Positions 11,563-24,233 of a stretch of 64,000 bases of DNA are shown in pieces. The DNA lies in contig NIVC01000032.1 of the NCBI GenBank assembly GCA_002269645.1, forward strand, positions 620,001-684,000, given 5' to 3'. Numbering within the stretch: the stretch's first letter is position 1; every line of letters starts with the position of its first letter. A program made the position numbers and the translations under genes. Origin of the DNA: Macrostomum lignano (taxonomy: Eukaryota). The notes below the pieces were generated by a model. It saw nothing but the letters and a program-made list of their open reading frames with translations. It made no database searches and was not told the origin of the DNA.

Positions 11563-12084
11563 ATCGTTGTTTCTGTTGCTCAACGATATTTTCCTTGTGT
11601 CTTCTGGCTGTTTTTTTCTAAAACCAGCAAGTGGAGCTCGGGTATTTGGGCTTTCGCAGCAAAGAAATTTTAGACAGATAAGAAAATTACAAGCCACACT
11701 GCAGGGGTTGGGGTTGGGGGTGCCAGCTGCAGTATCAATCTGGAAAGACAGAAGATATAATCGCAGTATTAAGTTTCGCACACAAAATTTGGGGTGTTTC
11801 TCCGATGTCAATATTACCCAACCATGGAATTATGCTGGATTTGTTTAACCAAAAGGTTTTCAGCCTTAAAGTAATAGTTCTATGAGTACGAGTAGTTTCT
11901 CTGCTTTTTAATGCTTAAGTGTGTATGCTTAAGTGTTATGCACCCTAGAATCCGTACACCTGCCAGTGTACATATGCATGTACACCCTTAGCCATCTATA
12001 CAACAAAGGACCCCGAAAAGTTACCGTTGTATCAGCGGTAACTTCTAGTGGTCTTTGTCTACATCCTTGACTTCGTTACAAACC

Positions 12085-12593
12085 CTAGCCTCTGTACAAA
12101 CTAGCTTTTGTACACAATTTAGCCCTCTGTACACATAGCCCTCTGTACACCTAGCCCGATCAGTACACCTAGCCCTCAGTACTCATAGCCCTCAGTACAC
12201 ATAGCCCCCTGTACACCTAGCCCCCTGTACACCTAGCTCCCTGTACACCTAGCCCCCTGTACACCTAGCCCCCTGTACACCTAGCCCCCTGTACACCTAG
12301 CCCCCTGTACACCTAGCCCTGTGTACACATAGCCCTTTGTACACCTAGCCCTCTGTACACCTAGCCTTTTGTACACCTAGCCCTCAGTACACATAGCCCT
12401 CAGTACACATAGCCCCCTGAACACCTAGCCACCTGTACACCTAGCCACCTGTACACCTAGCCCCCTGTACACCTAGCCCCCTGTACACCTAGCCCCCCTG
12501 TACACCTAGCCCCCTGTACACCTAGCCCCCTGTACACCTAGCCCTCTGTACACCTAGCCCTCTGTACACCTAGCCCTCTGTACACCTAGCCCT
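12085..12593. repeat. 16-17 bp minisatellite CTGTACACCTAGCCC (array S)
   Basis: About 30 tandem units; the same family is at 24642-24918. Confidence 0.92.
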
Positions 12594-13010
12594 CCTTTGA
12601 CCTCTCTACCTCTTAAGCTACGAGCTCATTTTCATTCTATCTCTAGCCAATTATTACCAACGCGGTCGCAACCAGTTTTAATTTGCTTCGTCCGCTGGTC
12701 TGTCTCGTTCATAAATCTAGAGCCAAACGATCATGCTTCTAGCTAACACGCTAGCTAAATTAGTTACATTAACTGACTCTCTTATTTCTTCAAGAATGGA
12801 AGCGTAGAACAAGCCTTCACTTCTTTCTCGTGCTACGTGGAACCGCAACATATGGAGCATGCAGCATAAAGGCTACAACTTTACTTAACACCCGTGTATA
12901 TTTTTAGAAGCGCAAAATCTTTTTCGATATCAAGCCTAATAAAATAAGAGTTTATTAACAGTCACACTGAAAAGCAAACAGACTACTAAAAGTGTCTGGC
13001 TGCATTAAAA

Positions 13011-16000
13011 ATGAGAATCAGCAATGTCAATATCTACCGGGCTGATCTGCCCCTGCTAGACGAAAGCTACAACTGGTCCGATGGAAAATCCGTTCGAGTA
13101 CTCGATGCCACTGTGGTCGAATTGGTCACCGATTCCGGTATTCGAGGCTACGGCGAGTGCTGCCCGTTGGGACCGAACTACCTGCCGAGCTATGCTAACG
13201 GGCTGAGGACCGGATTATCGGAACTGCGACCGACTTTGATTGGCATGGACCCCTTGGACATTGAAGTGGTCAACAGGCAGATGGACTACAACTTGAAGGT
13301 GATGACCTGCACTCTAACCTTTTTCCTATCCTAGTGAAGATTCCAATCCCCTGTCTTATGTACATTCCAATCCACTGTCTTATGTACATTCCAATCCACT
13401 GTCTTATGTACATTCCAATCCACTGTCTTATGTACATTCCAATCCACTGTCTTATGTACATTCCAATCCACTGTCTTATGTACATTCCAATCCACTGTCT
13501 TATGTACATTCCAATCTACTGTCTTATGTACATTCCAATCCACTGTCTTATGTACATTCCAATCCCCTGTCGATGGACATTCCAATCCCCTGTCTATGGA
13601 CATTCCAATCCCCTGTCTATGGACATTCCAATCCCCTGTCTATGGACATTCCAATCCCCTGTCTATGGACATTCCAATCCTCTGTCTATGGACATTCCAA
13701 TCCTCTGTCTATGGACATTCCAATCCCTTGCCGCCTATGGACATCATAATCCACTGTCTATGAACATTTCTGTCGCCTGTCTGTTGGCCTAATCAACTTT
13801 GATTCAGAGCAGCCGCCTATAGTTATGTAAAGTACATTTCAAATCACAGGGCCATCCCTACGTAAAATCGCCGGTCGACATGGCGCTTTGGGACATCTTG
13901 GGAAAGTTCACCGGACTGCCAGTGTGCACCCTGCTCGGCGGTCGATTCGGAGACTACGTGCCGCTGTATCGGCCAATCAGTCAGGGCAGCCCGGAGGAGA
14001 TGGTGGAGAGAGTGCGGCACTATCGCGCCACCAGAGGCTACCGGCGCTTCCAACTGAAGGTTGGCGGCAGTGATGAGATGCTGGACGCTGCTCGGATTCG
14101 AGCGGTTCGATCGGCACTTACGGATGGCGAACTACTGGTGGCGGATGCCAACACGGGTACAAGAGTTCGATTGCAATTCAGAGTGTTGATGCAGGCGATA
14201 AACACCTGAGGAAGGGCCACTAGTTAGGGTGTTGGTGCAGGCAATAAACCCCTGAGGAAGGGCCACTAGTTGGGGTGTTGGTGCAGGCAATAAACCCCTG
14301 AGGAAGGGCGTGTTGGGGTGTTAGGGTGTTAGTGCAGGGGTGTTAGTGCAGGCGATAAAACCCTGAGGAAGGGCCGCTAGTTGGGGTGTTGGTGCAGGCG
14401 ATGAAACCCTGCGGAAGGGCCGGCTAGTTGGGGTGTTGGTGCAGGCGATAAACCCCTGAGGAAGGGCCACTAGTTGGGGTTTTGGTGCAGGCGATAAACC
14501 CCTGAGGAAGGGCCGGCTAGTTGGGGTGTTGGTGCAGGCGATAAACCCCTGAGGAAGGGCCACTAGTTGGGGTTTTGGTGCAGGCGATAAACCCCTGAGG
14601 AAGGGCCACTAGTTGGGGTGTTGGTGCAGGCGATAAACCCCTGAGGAAGGGACACTAGTTGTGGTGTTGGTGCAGGCGATAAACCCCTGAGGAAGGGCCG
14701 GCTAGTTGGGGTGTTGGTGCAGGCGATAAACCCCTGAGGAAGGGCCACTAGTTGGGGTTTTGGTGCAGGCGATAAACCCCTGAGGAAGGGCCACTAGTTG
14801 GGGTGTTGGTGCAGGCGATAAACCCCTGAGGAAGGGACACTAGTTGTGGTGTTGGTACAGGCAATAAAACCCTGGAGAAGGGCCGCTAGTTGGGGTGTTG
14901 GTGCAGGCGATAAAACCCTGCGGAAGGGCCGCTAGTTGGGGTGTTGGTGCAGGCAATAAAACCCTGGGGAAGGGCCGGCTAGTTGGGGTGTTGGTACAAA
15001 CGATAAAACCCTGAGGAAGGGCCGCTAGTTGGGGTGTTGGTGCAGGCAATAAAACCCTGCGGAAGGGCCGGCTAGTTGGGGTGTTGGTGCAAACGATAAA
15101 ACCCTGAGGAAGGGCCGCCAGTTGTGGTGTTGGTGCAGGCGATAAACCCCTGAGGAAGGGACACTAGTTGTGGTGTTGGTACAGGCGATAAAACCCTGCG
15201 GAAGGGCCGCTAGTTGGGGTGTTGGTGCAGGCGATAAACCCCTGAGGAAGGGCGTGTTGGGGTGTTAGCGTGTTAGTGCAGGGGTGTTAGTGCAGGCGAT
15301 AAAACCCTGAGGAAGGGCCGCTAGTTGGGGTGTTGGTGCAGGCGATAAAACCCTGCGGAAGGGCCGCTAGTTGGGGTGTTGGTGCAGGCAATAAAACCCT
15401 GCGGAAGGGCCGGCTAGTTGGGGTGTTGGTGCAAACGATAAAACCCTGAGGAAGGGCCGCCAGTTGGGGTGTTGGTGCAGGCAATAAAACCCTGCGGAAG
15501 GGCCGGCTAGTTGGGGTTTTGGTGCAGGCCATAAAACCTGCGTAAGGGTCACTAATTGCGATGGTCAATTCAGGCAATAAAACCCTGAGGAAGGGCCGCT
15601 AGTTGGGGTGTTGGTGCAGGCGATAAACCCCTGAGGAAGGGCCGCTAGTTGGGGTGTGGTGCAGGCAATAAAACCCTGCGGAAGGGCCGCTAGTTGGGGT
15701 GTTGGTGCAGGCGATAAAACCCTGAGGAAGGGCCGCTAGTTGGGGTGTTGGTGCAGTCGATAAACCCCTGAGGAAGGGCCGCTAGTTGGGGTGTGGTGCA
15801 GGCGATAAAACCCCGGGGGATCGTGTCACTACCGTATTTAGGACTGTTCTGCATGCATTAAAGTCTTCAAGTGAAATTAAATAAACTTTTCTAATAAAAA
15901 TCTTACCTAGGATGGCTCCCGCACCAAGCGGTTCGAGTGTGCCAGTCTGTCTCCGACCTGGATGTGTACATCGAACAGCCCTGCGCCACTATGGATCAGT

Positions 16001-16416
16001 GCCGACAGGTGCGCGAGGCGAGCGCCTGCGGCCTGCCGTTTATCTTAGACGAGAGCATCGACTCACTGGATAGCTTGCTGTCAATGCGCGGAGCGGCAGA
16101 CTGCATCAATATCAAAATTAGCAAAGTTGGCGGCCTCACAAAAGCCAGGCAGATGAGAGACCTGGCTGTTCACCTGGGCCTAGCCATGGTGCTGGAGGAC
16201 TGCTGGGGCAGCGACTTCGCCACGGCCGCCATTGCGCATCTGGCGCACAGCACGCCAGAGAAGCACAGGCTGATGAGCGCTGACTTCAATACCTACCATC
16301 CGGTGAGAACAGGACACCTGGCCAAGCCGCTAACCAATGACAGGGGCGGCATGGTGGCGCCGGGGGGGCCGGGCCTCGGTGTGGAGCCGAACTTTGCCGC
16401 TCTGATGAAAGTCTGA
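13011..16416 (+). CDS. Enolase-superfamily (mandelate racemase/MLE) enzyme, cis-3-hydroxy-L-proline dehydratase-like, 366 aa; exons 13011-13298, 13850-14156, 15911-16416
   Basis: GT-AG introns (phase 0 and 1) join one 1101-nt frame. Motifs: GECCPLGPNYLPSY, GHPYVKSPVD, FQLKVGG, metal ligands DANTGW/EQPC/LDE, NIKISKVGGLTKA, EDCWG and PGLG. This is the motif set of bacterial c3LHyp dehydratases (recognised from memory, not searched). Confidence 0.9.
13335..13770. repeat. Intronic minisatellite: 24-bp TACATTCCAATCCACTGTCTTATG switching to 23-bp GACATTCCAATCCCCTGTCTATG
   Basis: Two adjacent homogeneous sub-arrays inside intron 1 of the dehydratase gene. Confidence 0.92.
14190..15815. repeat. Intronic 46-47 bp minisatellite GTTGGGGTGTTGGTGCAGGCGATAAACCCCTGAGGAAGGGCCACTA
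   Basis: About 35 units filling intron 2 of the dehydratase gene. Confidence 0.93.
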
Positions 16417-16679
16417 ACTGCTGCTGATGAAAGCTGACGTGAAGTAGGCTTCAGTCAAATTGTAAAATCTGTTGTTAAAAAGAAAAAAATACAGAGCTAT
16501 AGAGATCGACATTGTTTTTGTTTAACCTATAGGGTGCAGAATGAATCAACCGATGAATCAACCAGTCAATCCTCAACGATCATAATTATGCTAATAAAAC
16601 AAATTAACACACCAATTATTTTGTTAAATAGTCACTCGACCAATAAAATTTATCGAGCAATCATTCATCAATCAATTAC

Positions 16680-16685
16680 TAAATT

Positions 16686-16772
<87 letters not shown>

Positions 16773-17311
16773 CAGCTGATCAGTGAATAAATCAAGTTGA
16801 TATTCCGATACATCAATCAATGAATCAATCAATCAATCAGTCAATCAATCAATCAGTCAATCAATCAATCAATCAATCAGTCAATCAATCAATCAGTCAA
16901 TCAATCAATCAATCAATCAGTAAATCAATCAATCAATCAGTAAATCAATCAGTCAATCAGTCAATCAATCAATCAATCAGTCAATCAGTCAATCAATCAA
17001 TCAATCAATCAGTAAATCAATCAGTCAATCAGTCAATCAATCAATCAGTCAATCAGTCAATCAATCAATCAATCAATCAGTAAATCAATCAGTCAATCAG
17101 TCAATCAATCAATCAATCAGTCAATCAGTCAATCAATCAATCAATCAATCAGTCAATCAATCAGTCAATCAATCAGTCAATCAATCAGTCAATCAATCAT
17201 CAATCAATCAATCAATCAATCAGTCAATCAATCAATCAATCAATCAGTCAATAAATCAATAAATAAATCAATCAATCAATCAGTCAATCAATAAATCAAT
17301 CAATCAATCAG

Positions 17312-17354
<43 letters not shown>

Positions 17355-17435
17355 GTCAATCAATCAGTCAATCAAACAGCTGATCAGTGGATAAATCAAG
17401 TTAATATTCCGATACATCAATCAATGAATCAATCA
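16680..17435. repeat. (AATC)n/(AGTC)n microsatellite with a duplicated 60-bp anchor
   Basis: ATCA runs; the block AACAGCTGATCAGTG...GATACATCAATCAATGAATC occurs at about 16771 and about 17375. Confidence 0.92.
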
Positions 17436-17544
17436 ATGGTCAATGCAGCGAGCCTCAGACCTTCTTTGTCTCTATAGGTTTGGTCAAATCGCGCTAATTG
17501 CTGATTGAATCTGGAGACTCGTCAACTCGAAAAGTCATATAAAT

Positions 17545-17697
17545 TGTATGAAAAATATTTTTGAACTTTGGAACTGGTAAAATTTCCACCTGCTGATCAG
17601 CAAGTCTCGCGTCTTCGACAATCAAACAAACTGCTGATCGTCGGAAACCTCACTTTGCAGAACCCAGCTTCACGGCGCCCCTCATCACTAGATTACT
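17545..17697 (+). repeat. Duplicated block Z (paralog at about 24945-25092)
   Basis: AAATTTCCACCTG(C/T)TGATCAGCAAGTCT(C/T)GCGTCTTCGACAATCAA and CCCCTCATCA are shared with 24980-25090. Confidence 0.82.
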
Positions 17698-17754
17698 ACT
17701 TCTAAAAGTCTCCGACCCATAATGGTAGATTTCAAGATTGAGTATAGTTAGTTA

Positions 17755-17980
17755 CTACAGTGCAGTTGTGGAGGCTTTGGTGCGGAGTACAGTCAGCACT
17801 CATAATTACATTACGACGAACGTTCCATAGTAAGATTATTTACATTCTCAATTGATCAATACAAATATCGATTTGTTGCAGGTAGTTCTGCTCCTCTTGC
17901 TACAGCTTGGCGTAAAGAAACGGAACGTAAAATTGCTAGACTTTGAATGCTTCAGTGAGTCATTTAACGTTCTATACTCC
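17755..17980 (+). repeat. Duplicated block X' (paralog of 7446-7676)
   Basis: See block X. Confidence 0.85.
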
Positions 17981-18067
17981 ACTGCTAGATGTACATGTAG
18001 CTATCCCTGTAGAGTGTTCTACCTCCCTCAAAAAAGTGATGAAATTGTTAACGTGCTACTTACATAC

Positions 18068-21000
18068 TGTTGTGGGTTGATGGCTTTGCCATAGACATTT
18101 TTGTTACGCGACTGCGTTGATGACTTGAACCATGCTATTGAGTTATGAAATAAATAATAGACGCGTCAGAGGTCAGCAGACCGCTAGACTGACAATTGCT
18201 AAAGGCTAAAAGCCAAAAGCACAACAGTGGCGTCGGCAAGCATAGGCTACGAAAATGCCTGGAAGTACGCCAGCATCGCCAACTAAAGGAGTTGGTAAAA
18301 CGGTTTCGAGCGACAAAGCACCACCGCTTGCGATCTCGTCGAAATCAGTCCAAGCGACAAAGTCGGCAACAGCGACAGCGCAGAACCCAAGCGCACAAGT
18401 ATCGAGAGGACAGCAAGTTGACATCGAAAAACTCGATGAAAGTTCGAACTTCCAGAGGTGGTTGGACCGATTCACACTGTGCAGCGAACTCAACGGCTGG
18501 CAGGACGACACGAAAAACAAGCTGCTGCTGATGAAGCTCAGCACCAAGCTGTACGACGCATTGGCAGATCGAGCCGCTCCAAGAAGCCGGGAGAAAAGAG
18601 CTTCGATGAACTGACCAAACTACTGGCCAGCATCCTGGAACCAAAGACGTTCGTCATGGCTGAGAGATTCAATTTCCAGCATATCACTCGCACGGCATCA
18701 ATGAGCATTCGTGAGTATGCACAGCAACTCTGCATGCAGGCAGACAAGTGTCAGTTTGGCCTATCCAGAGATGAGAGACTGAGAGATCAGCTCGTATTCG
18801 GTTTGAATGACAAGGTGGCCATCAGCAAGTTATTGGAACAGGACTTCAGCACTCTCACGTTTGAGACAGCTATCAACATCGCTGAGGCGCACCAGAACCT
18901 ATCACAAACGCAAATACTAAAGGGTTGCACCAGTCAGCCGCAGTCTTCTGAAGTAATGAAAATTTTAGCATCGGTGACCAGAGGCTCCCACTCTACGAGC
19001 TCCAAGTGTGGCAGATGTGGCACAATGCATGGCTCCAATGGAGGGTGTCCTGCGAAAGGAAAAACGTGCAACAAATGTGGCATGCAAAACCACTTCGCAA
19101 CAGTTTGCAAAACGAAATCAACTGGTTTTGGCAAAGGCCGAAAATCGTTCAAAAGCCCGTCAGCATCTGGTCAATTTAGGCGAGCTGCAGTGTGCCCAAG
19201 GACCACAAGCTTTGTAGATGCAAGCGAAGCTGAACAGGAGGATTGTTTTCACATTCGACATCCCGTTGATAGCTACACCGTGCCTGTTAGGCTCAGACAC
19301 ACGAGCGGGTCGATGCTTAGCGTGAACGCACAAATCGATACTGGGGCAGGAGTTTCGGTAATGTCAAAAACGATCTGGAAACGATTGGGTTGTCCAAAGC
19401 TGACACCTACAGACACTGTTCTGACAACATACGCTGATACGCAGATGAAGGTCTTTGGAACACACGACACTGAGTTGGAGTACAATGACGAGTTCATTCC
19501 AATCACATTCTTCATTGTGGAATCGCAGAGGAACTTTGTTCTGGTTGGCCGAGACAAGCTCAATTTCACGCTAAACGCTGTAGACAACAGCTGCACATCG
19601 GCAACCCAGTCATGCGAATTTCCACCAGTAACTCTTAAGATCAAGGAAGGAACCACTCCAATTCATTGCAAACCCAGGCCGCTACCCTTCGCACTCAGAC
19701 AGGGAGTCAAGGATGAAATCGATCGGTTGCTTGAAGAAGACACCATCAAGCCCGTCAAGTTCAGTGAACGGGCCTCACCAATTGTCGTGGTCAAGAAACC
19801 TTCTGGAAAGCTCAGACTTTGCGTCGACTACAAGGTGACAATTAATCAATTCTCATCTTATCAACGATTCATATCCGATGCCTGCACCTGACGAAGTGAT
19901 TGCAACTGCTGCTGGCAGCCGGATATACACTCGTCTGGACCTAGAGAAAGCTTATCACCAGATCCCACTAGATGAAGCTTCCAAAGAGCTGACAGTAATG
20001 TCAACACCATTTGGGATGTTCGCTTTCAACAAGCTTCCGTTCGGAGTGAAAACAGCACCTGCGATCTTCCAGCGGTACATTAGCCAAGTCCTACAAGGAA
20101 TTCCTGGCGTCATTGCCTACGTAGACGACATATTGATATGCGGCAAAGGCGTAGAACAATTGGCAGTTCGTGAGACGGAAGTATTGCATCGACTAAACCA
20201 GCAAGGATTGAAGATCAACACGGCGAAAAGTGAATTCCGCAAGACTTCGATCAAGTTTCTAGGCTACTTATTGGAAGGAGATCAGCTCAAGCCGGACCCA
20301 GCCAAAGTGAAGGCAATCCAGGACATGACACCACCGCAGAACGTTGGCGAGCTTGAATCTTTCCTGGGTCTCGTAAATTTTAGCGGCAAGTTCATCAGAA
20401 ACCTAGCTGCACTGACCAAGCCTCTCAATCGACTAAGAAAGAAAAATGAGGACTTCGTGTGGACAAAGGAGTGTCAAATAGCATTTGACGAAATCAAGGT
20501 CACTCTCTCTGATCAATCGAGTCTTCAAATATTTGATCCTGAGAAGCCCATTGAACTGGAATGCGACAGTTCTCAGCGAGCTCTGGGCGGAGTGTTGACA
20601 CAAAGCGGTCAAGTCGTGCTGTACATGAGCAAGACTCTGTCTGACGCCGAAACAAAATATTCGCAAATAGAGCGTGAAGGCCTGGCACTGGTTTGGTGCA
20701 TTCAAAGATGCCATCGGTTCTTGTATGGCCGGAGGTTCACACTGATAACTGATCACCGGCCCCTCACATACATATTCGCGCCAGACAAACAGCTGCCCAC
20801 CAGAGTTTCAGCTCGACTACAACGATGGGCAATCATGCTAGCTGCTTATGACTATGTCATACAGTATCGACCATCAAAGCTAATGCTGTCGGATGCGCTA
20901 TCTCGACTGGTGCCCGCTAAGCCGAATGCACAGACAGCATCGATCGGACTCCTCGAAGCTGACAACCCGGGAGTAATTCAGCTGGATCGCATTGCACACG

Positions 21001-22411
21001 CAACCAGAGAGGACCCGGAGTTCAGATGCCTGGGCGCAGCATAATTAACAATAATCTATTTGACGACCCACACCTACTCAGCTACTCGAAGGTTCAAGAT
21101 GAGCTAACTGTCAATGATGGAATTATTTACAGAATGAACAGAATTGTATTGCCTCGTGTCCTGAGAGAAACTGCCCTGGCAGCTGTACACTCAACGCACC
21201 TTGGGGTGGAAAAGTCAAAGTCAATTTTGAGGGAACAGTTCTGGTGGCCACAGATGGACCGTGACATCGCTGACTACATTGGACGATGCAACGTGTGCAA
21301 CGCGTACAAGTCCAGAAATAAGAACTTTCGGCACTCGTGGCCAGAACCTGACAACCCCTGGGAGCGAGTGCACATTGATTTTGCCGGTCCGATAGAGGGC
21401 AAGTACCTACTCATCATTGTGGATGCGCACTCGATCTACCCGGAAGTCTTCATCACGAGCGACATGAAGGCCGACACAGTCATTTCCAGACTTAGAAGAT
21501 TGTTCTCACAACAGGGGGTGCCCAAGTGTCTCGTGTCAGACAACGGCCCTAGTTTTGTGAGCGAAGCGGTGACCGGCTGGCTCACCCAGATTGGCTGTTC
21601 GCACATCACAACGCCCGCCTACCATCCACAGAGCAACGGCATTGCAGAGCGAATGGTGCGAACCGTCAAAGAGACAATCAAGACCAATGGTTTATCCCAA
21701 AGAAGTATTGACAGATTTCTACTGTTCTACAGAGCTGCCAAAGGCAAGCAGCAAGCATCACCGTCCGAGTTGTTGAACGGCAGACAAATAAGACTCCCCA
21801 TCTCGGAGAGCAGCACTCAGTCCAAGTGGATCCCAGGAGAATCACTCATCTACCGTGCATCGAGTTCTCATGAGCCACGAACTGTGAGATTCGCCAAAAT
21901 GCTTGGCAGCAACACATCAGTCGTCACCACAGAGACTGGACGAAATCTAAAGACCCACCTCGATCAACTACGAATCGGTGAGGTACCTGAGGCTCACGGA
22001 AGTACGGAAATGGGGGATTCCAAGCCCGGTGGCAGCAGTCCAAGTGACGACGGCCAACAGACGCGTCCGTCATCGACAGACACTGAGATACTACCGGGAA
22101 CAGAACAAGCTGAGAGAGCACAACAGCAACAGACTGAGGTTGGAGTTCAATCCAAGCCGTCACCCAGGCGAAGCGAACGCTTGGCCAAGAAAACTAGAAT
22201 TTTTTATCGCACCTGAGTGATAATTGTACACCTACCTATAGAAGAGGGAGGGTGTTGTGGGTTGATGGCTTTGCCATAGACATTTTTGTTACGCGACTGC
22301 GTTGATGAATTGAACCATGCTATTGAGTTATGAAATAAATAATAGACGCGTCAGAGGTCAGCAGACCGCTAGACTGACAATTGCTAAAGGCTAAAAGCCA
22401 AAAGCACAACA
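18068..22411 (+). mobile_element. Full-length Ty3/Gypsy LTR retrotransposon, 4344 bp
   Basis: 159-bp LTRs at 18068-18226 and 22253-22411 (158/159 identical, TGTTGT...ACAACA). PBS TGGCGTCGG at 18228. PPT AGAAGAGGGAGGG at 22240-22252. TSD CATAC/CATAG (1 mismatch). Confidence 0.97.
18255..22216 (+). pseudogene. Gag-Pol broken by three frameshifts (about 18580, 19860, 21030)
   Basis: ORFs 18255-18614, 18458-19891, 19878-21044 and 21026-22216 tile gag (CCHC knuckle), protease IDTGA, RT YVDD, RNase H, and integrase HHCC plus D..D35E (IDFAG, SDNGPSF, AERMVR). Confidence 0.93.
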
Positions 22412-22536
22412 CATAGTAGTAAGACAAATAGCATGTACGAGTATAAAGATATGCGCTGAACCATATATGTATTTGAATCAACCAATAGGAAGAGAGAAAT
22501 CGCGAGCATGCTAATTTTAGAAATCACCCGATCACG

Positions 22537-23698
22537 TGTAACCTGCACTTGTCAGCTCAAACCCAGGTGAACCAATCAAATGTAACCAAAAATAACTCAA
22601 ATGCGGTAACCAATCATGCGCTTTTACACTAAGCCAATGGAGTAACTTTCTGACCTGCAATGTTTGACAGCAACCAATCCGTGACCCTTTGACATTTAAG
22701 AGCATGAACTCAACGACCTCATGCGGGGTCCGATTGCCCATGCAGATAAAAGTGGTCCAGAGCGGACCGGAGCTTCAGGTTTTGCCTTCCAGAAGGAAGA
22801 AGAAGCTCCGAAGTGGAAGCCTTAGGAGGACTTCCTAATCACCAAGTCAATCGAGACTCGGTCGAGTTGTTGCGGTAAGCCTTGCTCATTTGCGCCCGTT
22901 GTTTGAGTCGACTCACTATTGTTATAGTGTTAGAGTCTGTTGAGACTCTTGAGTCCATTAAGACTCCATTGGTTGTAGTCTCCAGAAGGACTACCTTGAT
23001 AGATCTTAGAGGACTATCAGTGAATACCGGATCGCTATACCTAGAGTGCATTAAGACACCGCTAGAAGGAGAAGGCTTATTTGAAACCGCATTAAGGCGC
23101 AGGCATCCCCATTGTTAATACGAAGCTTCTGATTGGTCCAAACGACAGATACCGGCCGGAAACGACTTCAGTGGAAGTAAAGGAACGTGGACCTGGTTTA
23201 CGAAACATAGACGTCTAACGAGTCTAACATAGAAGTCCGAGAACTACAAGGAGATCTCTCAAACCGGAGTCAAGGTAAGAAGTACCTTCCTTTGATAACT
23301 GGGTTGCCAAGCAAAGAAGCTAGAAGTGATTGTTCCTTGATTACTGAGAGTCTTGGTAGTAAAGAACACATCATCCCTTCTGGTTTTCCATTCCAGCCAG
23401 GGAATTAATGACAGATATGCGACGGAGCTTGTCTCAGCTTGCATGCTTGCTGACCTATATTTGTGCCTTAAATACCTGCTTGCAAACTTTCAGGGTCATA
23501 AAACGCCATAGACGCCACAGCGGGCTACTCTCTTTTGCTTTTCGGGGATGTACTTTTTTGCGAAACCCGCAAGTTCACCCGGTCACAAAACTAAAAAACG
23601 CAGCTTCTCTCATGTTTCGCTTTAAATCCTTTCTAGTTGACTTTCCGAGATGAAAGCGGACCATAGACATTTGATAAAATGATATTCACTTTGCTACA
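22537..23698 (+). mobile_element. Possible long LTR (about 1.16 kb) of an unrelated element
   Basis: Starts TGTAAC and ends CTACA. Four CCAAT boxes at 22570-22680 and GATAAAA at about 22745. Followed by TGGGGCTC at 23701, which resembles a tRNA-Pro PBS. No partner LTR or coding remnant is visible. Confidence 0.4.
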
Positions 23699-23699
23699 T

Positions 23700-24233
23700 G
23701 TGGGGCTCCAATGTGGGAGTCCGGGTCCTCTTGCTCCTTGTGCCCCTTCCCGACCCCTTGGCCTGGCCTCCAATATAGAGCTGGATAGGTGACACCCTTG
23801 TGGCTTGCAGCCCTATAGGTTTTCTGGTGGCCTGATTCCCGAGTCTCGCCCTCGGGAACAAGCCTTCCAGACTCACTCCAAAATTAAGCCATTTCCGAGA
23901 CTTCGGGGTCTCCCCGCTTTCGGACCGTTTTAGTAGTATTTCAAGATTTTTCCAATTCATTTTTTCGCGCACTCCCGGGATTTGTCTGCTGGGTGGTGAC
24001 TTGGGTGGACTCGGTCTTAGCACCGTCCCTGATTCCAGTTTTGGATTGGCGGTGTCTTAGTCCATGGGTTTTGGTTGGCAGATTCCCCTCGCCCAGACGT
24101 CGGGGTCCAATCTCGGGGTATCTCGGGCTTTATGCCCCTGGTAGTGCCCCTCAGCGGCAGAGCCCCTCCCAGGGCTGATCCGCGGGTAGCCCCCGGCTTC
24201 CCAACCCCGTTTAACAACAACAACAACAACAAC
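23700..24233. mobile_element. Unclassified GC-rich insertion ending in an (AAC)7 tail, fused to PLAC8 coding sequence
   Basis: AAC x7 at 24213-24233 joins directly to AAGTAC of the PLAC8 copy. Short-repeat tails are typical of RTE-type non-LTR elements; no RT remnant was recognised. Confidence 0.45.

Noticed and set aside
13011-16416. Bacterial contamination as the source of the dehydratase gene
   Set aside because: The gene has spliceosomal introns filled with host-type minisatellites and is contiguous with animal genes.
18570-21044. Programmed ribosomal frameshifting in Gypsy 2
   Set aside because: The shifts fall inside the capsid, RT and RNase H-integrase linker rather than at a gag/pol boundary, and no slippery heptamer is evident.
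24130-24212. HDV-like ribozyme on the minus strand (GGGGTTG/CAGCCCT could form P1 followed by GG)
   Set aside because: P3 does not pair and no convincing P2 or J4/2 was found; it needs a covariance search before any claim.
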